NCBI GenBank assembly: GCA_002633005.1
Contig: NMRA01000034.1
Span: 1,425,540-1,489,539 of the forward strand
Length of the DNA: 64,000 nt
Source of the DNA: Phoronis australis
Lineage: Eukaryota; Animalia; Phoronida
Direction of reading: 5' to 3'
Shown: piece after piece, positions 54,004-64,000 of the stretch
How the letters are laid out: the number at the start of each line of letters is the position of its first letter
Numbering within the stretch: the stretch's first letter is position 1
Program-made: the position numbers and the translations under genes
The notes under the pieces: model-generated
What the model saw: the letters and a program-made list of their open reading frames with translations, nothing else
Told to the model about the DNA's origin: nothing
Databases searched by the model: none

Positions 54004-55482
54004 TAGGGAGGACAATCAAAAAGTAGGTCACGGTGCTCCATATCTGCCTCCGTGTAAAACCCACGTCGGTAAATTACCCGATTTCAGACTTCAAAGTTAA
54101 CTATAAGACAATTTTGTGTTATAAATCGTTACCTTAGTCTTTATTTGTAAGTTTGTAATCTTTTTGTATCAAATTAGCGCTGATAAATCATTTTTTGTAA
54201 GCTTTTTTTAGCGCACGATTTTCCGCCATGCGATCAACTTTCGAAAAAGTACCTCTTGTTCCTCCTATCCAAAAGAGCACTATACTCTCAAATACAAACA
54301 TGAAATTTGGACAGGATGTAGTTTAGATGCGTGCGCATCTCCTCAAGTTGTTTTCTTGAAGTCAAGGCCAAGTTTTCATGGCGAATTTTCGATCGTCCGG
54401 AAGGCCTAATTTTGGTCGGTCGGGAGATTGATGTTTTTCCAGTTGCGCAATATGCCCCCCCGATTTTTAGATGAGGAATTTATCACTCTTTTAATTGGTA
54501 ATTATTTCATTTTCAGAAATTCTGTCAAACTGCTGCGCATTGGCACTTTTCAAACAGCAGTCGTTAGTTCACTAAGTCGCCGCATGTCAGCGCCACCATC
54601 GGCTACGTTGAAGTTCAATGGCATCGCAACTTCACCGTTCGAAATAAAGTTGTTACAAAGTTTTTGTTGCGTAAATGATGAAATCCTTTATGTTAAGAGT
54701 GATTTGTTTTCCCAAATGGTCTTTTGTCTACTTTCTGATGTTTTTTGCCATGATACGATCTAATAGTACATGGGTGGCACCCAGCACTGAAAAAAGTGGG
54801 GGAGCTATAGCCTCCCCCAGCCCCCTGTCACTGTCAGGCAATGATGTGTTGCCCATGCAGTAGTATTCAGGGGCAGATCTAGGATTTTTAGATAGGAGGG
54901 GGGGGCAGGGCAGAGTATTACGCAGGATTTTATCCGTAAGATATTTGTACCCTCAAACTGCCAAATGAAATATGGGAGTTTTAGGGGGGCCACGGGCCAG
55001 GCCCCCTTGCCCCCCCCAAATCCACCAATGTGATCTTGTGATTTGATGTGAAATTTCCTCCTAGCTCAGATGTATTTATTTCTGAGCTGATGTGGTGTCT
55101 TTGCTCTTTACCTTTTAAGCTGTGTAATCCATTATTTTCATCAAACATGATGAGCCTGTTCTATATGCTATAACAACACACTTAAACAGCAATATCTCTA
55201 TAGAAATCGATCCAAACTTCATATAATACATACCACCATGTTTGTCTCAATTAGACGAATCTTTTTATATGCAGCACATGTATATTCTTTTATTTTTTAC
55301 AAAATTATGTAAAAAGGCAGATATTTTACGCATAATCATCGCATTTCAACGGCCATTTTCTCGTCAACCGCTCATCCAATTTTTCTGATTTTTGCACCAT
55401 TTTGTTTCTCACACCAAGGGCTTTTCAAAAATGTATGACACATGGATATTGTAAAAAAATTAAAAAAACGTTGTCCTCCCTA
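54004..55482. mobile_element. Non-autonomous DNA transposon, TIR TAGGGAGGACAA, 7-bp TSD CTATAAA
   Basis: Perfect 12-bp inverted termini flanked by direct CTATAAA; nested smaller MITEs inside. Confidence 0.75.
54868..55030. mobile_element. Short MITE (CAGGGGCAGATCT...AAATCCACCAATG) nested in the 54004-55482 element
   Basis: Imperfect inverted ends and G/C-run subterminal tracts typical of CAGGGGCGGATC-type MITEs. Confidence 0.55.
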
Positions 55483-56841
55483 CTATAAACATTTTTGAAA
55501 CATTGAGAAAGCCAATCAACAGGTTCGATACATTTTACAAGCTGCATAAAGAGGGTATTTAGAAGTTAATACCAATCAGCATAATAGTTTGATTTTGGTG
55601 CTGGATTGTAAACAGCTGACCAACAGTTCGTGGACATAACAGACTTGCAACTTTGTTTTTGCTTATCAAATAATAGTGGGGGTATAGTAATTGTCGAAAT
55701 CACACACAGCCCTGTAGTGGAGTCACCCTGATGAAATTGGAAAACTGGCTAACCATTCAGATATCCCACCATTGTATATTAGCGAATGGCTATCAGATAT
55801 ATTGTTGCATGTGATTCACTGGAAGCTCCGTCTACAACATTCCCCCTTTCCTACGGAACAGGCACGCCACCAGGAACATGAACACCAGTTTGCCTCGTAC
55901 GCAAGTCATTGTCTTCCCTTGGTATCTTAACCACCACAACACAAGTGAGCAAAAGATTGTTTCTCATACAGGTCCTTGTCTCCTCAAATTATTACTATCA
56001 CCAAACTATAGCTCTGTTCGAGATTCCCACGTCTTAGTTGGCAGCTGCCTCATTGATATATCATCCATTTGCCAATTGTAGTAATTGAACAGATCACCCA
56101 ACCTAAAGAAACCTGGTGATCTTTTTTGAGATTGAGTTGTAATTGTGCTACAGTTCTCAAATTTTATAACAGATTTTAAATTGTTTTTACCAATGAAGAT
56201 AATGTTTAAGCCAGGTTTAAAAGTGGAATTGCTTTAGTTTGAAAAAATCATAAGAAAATACTTTTAGTTTAGTCAGTAAACAACTGTCCATCATATCTTT
56301 GTGGCTTATAAACTGTTACAGCCCCATATCCCTATCGGTATCTATCAATGACTATTATCAGTTGGACGGTTTTTGGATATCACTGGCCCCAGAGATGATA
56401 ACTGCAATCGCCCTGCCTAACAAAAAATCAAATTTGAGCTTACAGGATTCTATTTCCAATACCAAAATCACATTAAAACCATCTGCTACCACAGAAAACA
56501 ATTCAGAGTATAACAGGGTTAGCCAACCCTAGAATTGAGAATTCAAAAATAGTGTGGGCAATGACTCAAGGCTGAATGAGTGTGGTAATGTATCGAAACC
56601 AAGGTAGTGCTTTGGTTAAGACTTATAATTGATAGCTAAGAAGGGTGCCAAAATGCAGCTTTTAGTGAGTAAAGTGAAAACATATAAAGCTGTGAATCCA
56701 TTGCTCTGCATTTTTTGTTGGACTTAATAATAAGACCATGTAATTTTGTTTGCTTGCAGTACAGTTTACACTCTGAATGAATGTTTTTACTGTTACAGAC
56801 TGGATTTAAGTGGTTGAGATCATTGAAATCAAAAAGCAGAG

Positions 56842-57444
56842 ATGTCTCAGAAGAAAATGAATACTCCAATGCTGTTTGCTTGTGCAGACAATGTGACTAT
56901 GCCCCATGTGGGTGCTGATGAAAGTAGCATGAAAAAGAACTCCAAAGTGCATAACGTTTCATTGCTTTCACCAATGGCGTATGGTGGAGCCACGCTGAAC
57001 ACAAATTACCTGAAAAAGATCAGTTCAGATTTAATATTCACTGAGGATGTGGTGAGAGAAAAGGCTTTCCACGCTCTTCCATATGACCAAAAATACTTTA
57101 CTGAACTACTGGATTATACCGATGTGCTGTATGAACTTCCTAAGAGGTTCAGAAAGGTCAAGGGTCTTGTCGGACGGCATAACAGCCGAGTATCAGACAA
57201 AAAGCACTTGCCTTGTCACCTGAAAAAGAGAGCTAAGCATTACTTGAAGCCTTTGAAGCGGCATATTACTGATCGTGGACTGGAAATGGAGCAGTGCTAT
57301 CTCAAAAAGCAGGAATCACATAAGTCTAGTATGAGGAAGGATGCTGCGGATGACGGTGTCCCAAGAAAGGGTTTCACTACTGATCAGAAACAAAAGAAAG
57401 TGGATTTAGAGAACAGACCAACTGTATTTTTGACAGCAGGACAG
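56842..57444 (+). CDS. HEATR4: HEATR4 coding exon 1
   Basis: ATG with in-frame TGA upstream; acceptor TTACAG at 56798; donor CAG|GTGCGT; 201 codons. Confidence 0.85.
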
Positions 57445-60400
57445 GTGCGTGTTTTCATGTTAGTGTTCTAACAATTTTGAATAATTTTTACACATCACCA
57501 TAACCACAAATCTCCATGAAAGATGTTACTTGACAGCGTACAACAACCAATATAGCAACAGAAAGTGACTGTGTCGCATATCTGGCAGGTACACCAAATT
57601 AGAGACTACAGCGCTGGCCTATTCATTCACTGAACACATTTTTCAAATCGGAAATTTCTTTTGGTAAAATGTTTATTGTAGATGAATTTTTGATTGTATC
57701 TTATCTGTATTGTGATGCTGATAAGATTTCTTATAACACCGCTCTTTTGGTGAAAAACATCGACTTTTGAAATGATTACGATGAATTTTAACTTAATGAA
57801 AAATTGAATCCCTTGATTCAACTCTATTAACCAATCATTGCAGTGGGTGCTATATTGCTAGGAGAGACCAGTAAGCTTCCATGTCACTGGTGTGATATTT
57901 CAAGGTCTCATAATGTCTTACTTATTACATTTAGGAGTCCTTATCACCTATTCCACCTATAGTCTCAAAGTCACTTCAACCTCCTGAAGATGAAGCATTG
58001 GGCTGGGACGCCTACATGTTGAACATTGTAAGTAAGGAGACTGCCCAGTGGATGGTCCATCAGCGTACCTCTCCTGGTGAACACCGAGAGAAGTTGTCAC
58101 AGATGTTGGACCAGCGTTATGGACCACCTCTGTCTAATGAGCTGGTTAGTGACAGTGTCAGTGACCCAGAACTATGCCAACAGAAAGAGAAACCTATCAA
58201 GAAATGGAAGAAGCAGGAGTCTGTGTACGGTTTTCTGAAATTTTTTGATATTTGGACACTTGAGTATAAAAATGGTGCTACACGAAATACAGTTGTTGAC
58301 ATGTTAATGCATCTTTTTTTAATACTCACACATTTTTGGAGTTTACAAACTGTTGAAGCTGGCAATGCATTCTTAGTAGCTACATTTTTTATATAAAAAA
58401 CATTGTCAACTATATTAACCCATTTTTGTCAATTTTTAGTTTACTTCAAGCTGCAGAGTTGGTGAGTGATGATTTGCCAACTGATCCGTACAGTGATGAA
58501 ACAGGCGCTTCTTTTTACCGTCTCCCGGCTGGCACAAGAAAACTGAAAAAAGTGCAGCAAAAAGAAGATGAAGGTAAGGTTGTGAAGCACTTACCACATT
58601 GCTGCTGCACTGATTGGTTCAACGTTCACTCTTATTATGACACTGCTAGGTGCTGCTAGTAATCTGGTCACTCTTACAATCACACTGCTGCTAGTGATCT
58701 GTTCACAGTTCATTTACAATCACACTGCTGGTAATGGTCTGTTCACACTTCATACTTACTGCCACTCTGCTGCTAGTGATCTGTTCATACTTCATACTTA
58801 TAATCACACTACTGCTAGTGATCTGTTCACACTTCATACATACAATCACACTGCTGCTAGTGATCTGTTCATACTTCATACTTACAATCACACTGCTGCC
58901 AGTGATCTGTTCACACTTCATACATACAATCACACTGCTGCTAGTGATCTGTTCACACTTCATACTTATAACACACTTCTGCCAGTGATCTGTTCACACT
59001 TCATACTTACACTACGGCTCACTTTTACATCATACTGCTGCTAGTACTCTTTGCAGTTCACTTTTACAAGAAAAAAATCCTATATTGACATACTCACCAG
59101 TTGAAATTGGGCAACTTGTGTGCTGCAAAGTCTGCCACAATGATCTAAGACACCATGCAATTGTAGACAATTATATTATCTCTGAACTTCTCTGGTTGCT
59201 GATGTTATCAGTTTGTATACTATAGACAATCAGAAACATCATAAACACACTGAGGCTGATAAAAGTATTAATTTTTCATTTTGAAAGTTTTCAAGTAAAC
59301 AAGTTCGTGGAACTACATGCGGGTACTATATGTTCTTGAATTTTGAAAATTGAAATAGAAAGGACTGTGACTTTTGAAGAGTGTTGCCAGCATTCTGCTT
59401 CTCATTAATTCTGCTGAGTGTGCAACATAATTGGGTCAATTACTAATAAACCAACAGGCAGCTGTTGGATTTTGATTCTTGACATGCCAATCACACTACT
59501 GCTAATGATTTGTTCAGTCCCGACAGGTTTCCAATTTGAATGAAGCAACATACAATTTCATAAAAAACAAAATAATTAAACAAAAACATGTATGTTGTAC
59601 ATTAGGTGAAATCTGAACTGCACAAACCTGCCCCATGAACTGCACAAACCTNTGTTTTGAAAATCTCCTTTGCTGGGCCAAACACTTGTAAGGGACAAAT
59701 GATTTGTTAAGTTTTGGCTGTATTTTTCTTATTTTTCAACTGCCCTGACCCTATATGTCAGTCACCATGGTTTCACCAAAGCGCCTGTAAGGGGGCATGT
59801 TATAACCCCTCCCCCAACTCCCTATAGGAACCTGATCTCATGTCAGCTAATAGTAATTTACAAGAGTCCCGTATTATGAGAACCAGTTATCTTTACAAGG
59901 GTAAAATTCAGTTCCTCAAAATCTAGTACCATTAGTGACTATTTAATTGACTTATTGGTTCCAACTGCCAAGAGATTGTGCCCTTTTTTACATTTGTTTT
60001 GGGAATTTCGCCATAGTTGACATAACACAAAGGATATGATAATGATTCAGTCATTAATGAGTTGTGGAAACACTTAATTTTTGTTTAAAATAATTCTAAT
60101 TGTCATTTTTGACAATTTTATGTTATATCATTTATTCACTTCCAGAGCGTTTGCTACTCCCATGTGAGTTGATATTTGAATGTTGTACCCTATCCCTCCT
60201 CACTAATTACTATATTAAAAACAACAACCTTTTCAAGATTTTCTCTATCTTTCCGGTTACAGGTACATATAACGAAGAGTTGTCGATCACTTTTTTTAGT
60301 AAAGATCAAGTCCTTAAAATGGTTTTAGCATCTCTTCTTTTTATTTGGACCACTTTTATACTCTGGTGTATTCTGGTACTCTCATGGGTCATGTGAAATA

Positions 60401-62283
60401 ATGTTGACATTTTTTATCCTACCAGGTGTTTGACCATGTTTTTTGTTGTGACGTGTTCCTTGCCTCAACCAAGCTTGTCCATTGCATGTTAACACTTTTC
60501 AATGTCACCCATAAACATCCTTGTCAGTCAGTTTGAGAATGTTGTAGTATCATCGTTTGTGGTGTTGGAACCCTATAATTGGCTATTCACTTTTATCTAT
60601 AATTTAATCAATGGATGGTTTATATATTGAATGTTGAAATATCAACCCAAAGGCATGTATGACAACATGATGTATGTAAACAATTTTAAAAATCATCATT
60701 GTGTTACGCCATTAACATTGGATGTTTTGTGGACTCTTGTAACATCGTTTTGTGCACATTTTATCTGTGTGCATGTTCATACTTAGGTAACAATCTTACG
60801 GCTAAGATGATCAACGTCACCAGACAGGTGACTCCACCACCTCCAACAATGAAGGACTTCCTCAACCCCAAGGTGGGCACTAAAATATTTGACACGGAAA
60901 ATGAATTTGAAAGAGAATGGCTGACAGGTAATGTTGATGTAACATATGCAGTTGTTTTCGTATACGACCATCATGTAATGTTCATGTAACATGCATTAGT
61001 GTTTGTGGAAACATTTTAGCAACTAGTTGAGTATTTCCATACCCAATGGTTACTGAGTTGTTGTTCTGTGACCCTGCACTGTTTTGATCATTTCCCAATT
61101 AAGCACTTCTCAGTGAACCCGAGCTAACAAGATAAGACATACAACTATCAGTTTGTTATCACATAAAAAGAACAACATGGTAAAAATTGTCCAGTTAGGA
61201 GTACTCTCTAAAATTTGGGACATCAAAATCCACAGTGGCCCCCCAACCATCTCACAATCGGCACCAATTGCATGTGTGGTAGGCCTCTCATGGGGCTTGT
61301 TGGCAATGGGCAAATTGTCTTTAGTCTGTTTATAAATTGGTGTCAGTTTTTACATAAATGATTTTGAACAAATCTTGTTTCTCTGTGCTGGTGTGTATAT
61401 TAATTAACTGTTTAAGTACATAGAGCATCAAGGCAGGCAATGTGCCCTCAGATACTACAACATTACTGTACTGTTTAAGTAATAATACACTGGGTAACAG
61501 TTAAAGCAGGCAATGAGCCCTCATGTAGTACAACAGCACTGGGTAACAAGGCACCAGGTAAAGGTCCCCTCAGGTAGTACAATGGCAGCAAATTGGCGCT
61601 AGAGAGAATATCAGCCTCTGTTGGTTATCGTGTGCTTGTTACAGATTTGGATTTCCAATTATGGAGAACACCGGGCACGTATGCAACTATTTGGCTGAAT
61701 CTTCATGACTCCATAAAGATTATGAAGGCTGAATATGTTTTATTTACAATGGTTGAAAATTTGCAAAAATTAGCATTTTTGAAAACTCCTGCTTCTATAA
61801 TTGAGTCAAACTTAATTTGCAAACTTCAAACTGTTAATAAACAAGTTTGTTGCAATGAATCTTTCTCTTGAAGCAATTAAGCAAAGTACTCCGTTCATCT
61901 GATACCTGTAACATCATGTAGTAAAGAATGCCAAACTCACTCCTGAACTAAAACTGTGACTCTCCTAAACATTGAACTAAATTATATTTTTCATTATATG
62001 GTAAGGGGATTTAAGTCATTCATCTTAACTTTTTTTTAATTTGTTTTATTTTACAATAAAAGGTGAGAAAGTGGTTCATCAAATACACGGCGATGCAACA
62101 AAGATTGTGATGGAAAATAACAACAAATATAAAAAGAAATTGCGCAAAGTGACCCCAAGGAAGCCAGAGGACTGGTTTGCAGAGACTAAGGAGGAGAGAA
62201 AAGCAAAGCAAGAGATGACTACAGTGGTGAATGCTGTGGAGAAAGGAGTTCACAGGTGGACAGGCTTACCTGACCCTATAGAT
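56842..62283 (+). CDS. HEATR4: HEAT repeat-containing protein 4 orthologue, N-terminal 5 coding exons (continues beyond window)
   Basis: Phase-consistent GT-AG exons. Motifs match recalled human HEATR4: YLKKISSDLIFTEDVV...LPY, WDAYML...ETAQW, FYRLP, DTENEFEREW, VVHQI...IVMENNNKYKKKL...P..W, GVHRWTGLP. Confidence 0.85.
57935..58224 (+). CDS. HEATR4: HEATR4 coding exon 2
   Basis: TTTAG|GAG ... GT|GTACGG; phase 0->2. Confidence 0.82.
58440..58573 (+). CDS. HEATR4: HEATR4 coding exon 3
   Basis: TTTTTAG|T ... G|GTAAGG; FYRLP motif; phase 2->1. Confidence 0.85.
58660..59045. repeat. 42-bp minisatellite in HEATR4 intron
   Basis: (CACACTGCTGCTAGTGATCTGTTCACACTTCATACTTACAAT) x ~8. Confidence 0.95.
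60787..60927 (+). CDS. HEATR4: HEATR4 coding exon 4
   Basis: CTTAG|GT ... G|GTAATG; phase 1->1. Confidence 0.85.
62063..62283 (+). CDS. HEATR4: HEATR4 coding exon 5
   Basis: AAAG|GT ... GAT|GTAAGT; phase 1->0. Confidence 0.85.
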
Positions 62284-62307
62284 GTAAGTTAAGTACGCAG
62301 TTTCTAT

Positions 62308-62402
62308 CTGTGTGTGTGTGTTTGTGTGTCTGTGTCTGTGTGTGTGTCTGTGTGTATGTCTGTGTGTGTGTCTGTGTGTGTGTCTGTGTGTGTGTCTGTG
62401 TG
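62308..62402. repeat. Compound (TG)n/(TGTGTGTGTGTC)n microsatellite
   Basis: Direct reading. Confidence 0.95.
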
Positions 62403-64000
62403 CACGCCAGATGAGACTTCGTTACATGACCTATAGAATATCTATTTACCTCATAATAAATAACATTATTCACAATCCTCCTCTTGTTTTACTCTGCAAC
62501 ATAGCTCGTGGTGTACCTCGGGCAAAATAGATTACGATAAATAATGTTGTGAGTGCACACTATCTACCTACAAGTGAAATGATTATTACTCTATAACCTT
62601 TGCTGCTTGCTGAATGTTATCCGTCTGCAGAATGCACCCCAGGCAATTTGACTGCAAGGAGCAGTTGGTTTTCTTATTTAAAGAATGACAATTCTAATAA
62701 TCTGGCTTCCCAGGCATTCTTCTTTCTGGTAGATTAGTTTGAGTTGATCACCACACTTGCAATAACATCTCAGTTTAAAACTTGACTGTTTCATCAAGGG
62801 ATTGGAATTATTGTGCAATAATCATGTGACAACATTTTTTTACCCACAACAACCGATAGTTCTTATGGCATATAATCAGAAAATGGCAGTGTTACTTTTT
62901 GTACCTCAAACACCGTAAGTAAAGTGGGCTTAATTTGGGAGTGATGGAGGCCTATGCCTTACTCACTTAGACATTTTTGAATGACACTCATGTTTCATTG
63001 GCTTTCATTTCAGAAAGCCAATGAAACACTGAGAAACTAGTTGTAGCTCCAAATCTACGACCTTTGGCATATTATTCAGAAAATTTTCCTTGACCATAGG
63101 ATGGGGGGGGGCTGTTTGCAGAGATTCCTAGTTGGTTAGTTTTGGGTTTTCTGGTTGAGTTTGTAAAAAAACAGTCAGTGTTAATTTTTTTCACTGATGG
63201 GACATTTGACAAAATTGAGATTTAAAGCTGCATTTCATCTTGTTTAGGTAGCAAAAACAAAAATCTAGTTACGCCATCAGCTTTATACTCTCATGAAGTT
63301 GGTCTCATGATAGGATTCCATTTCCATTAACAACAAGAACATCGAAAACATAAGCGACTCAAGAAAACGCTTCAGAGTTTTTTGGAGTTGGGCAACCATA
63401 AAAGTGTGAATTTGAAACTGGCTAATGTACGCATTATTTATGATAATGAGTTAGTAATAGAACAGGAATTCTGTCAAGACAAGAAATATGAAGTCGATTT
63501 TTAAAATATAAATTCCTAATTCAATTTCCAATTTTTAACCAACTAAACAAATTAGTAATAACGTGTCATCCATTTATTCCAAAATGTTATCCTTTGTTTA
63601 AAACAATTATTAAACCAGAATGAAGCTATGCCTCATTTTGTCATTTGACATACTTGTCATGAGTGCAATTAAGTTATATTTATCTCAGAAATTTTGCTAG
63701 AATTTGTACCTTATACATCACTATATCACTGGCTCGCTTGTTTGGAGACTTCAACAGTTTACAGCTCTGATATCATCATCAGCACTTACTTATTGTATTT
63801 CCAGTCAACAGTTATTGTTTTCTGGCTTTCTCATTTTTCTAAGTAGTGTAACCAAAACAATTGTCTTCACTGAGAAAATCTGATCAATATATTGCATAAA
63901 TCTGTCATTTGCACTGTATTGCATTTGTTGACAGAATCACTTCAGAAGTGTGGCTTTATGTTTGTGAAGTATTGTGTATCATTTTGTATGTGACCATTTG

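Noticed and set aside
58637-59044. Repetitive ORFs (HTYNHTAASDLF…; MKCEQITSSSVIV…)
   Set aside because: Stop-free translations of a 42-bp minisatellite inside a HEATR4 intron; flanking exons join in phase without it

Overview
Eukaryotic (animal) genomic DNA. It is AT-rich, intron-dense and repeat-rich, and looks like a marine invertebrate draft assembly (a 698-N gap and several single-N joins); the species cannot be fixed from sequence alone. Two spliced genes lie head to head. On the minus strand is a KNDC1/very-KIND orthologue: two KIND domains, a long disordered linker, coiled coil, RasGEF_N and the start of RasGEF. I reconstructed 21 phase-consistent coding exons (about 1,916 aa) from 47731 to the left window edge. 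On the plus strand is the 5' part of a HEATR4 orthologue (5 coding exons, about 463 aa, from 56842). Introns hold Helentron-associated (HINE/DINE-1-like) elements with internal tandem arrays, Kolobok-like and hAT-like non-autonomous DNA transposons, foldback MITEs and minisatellites. The most unusual signals are: (1) tandem duplications of exon ends that create spare, sometimes stronger, 5' splice sites behind an in-frame stop; (2) a HINE family that spreads co-oriented CTCF-consensus motifs, often fused to a YY1-like core; (3) a Kolobok-like element whose ~300-bp TIRs each contain a THAP start. No prokaryote-type system or CRISPR array is present. Homology calls come from recalled human protein sequences, not from a database search.
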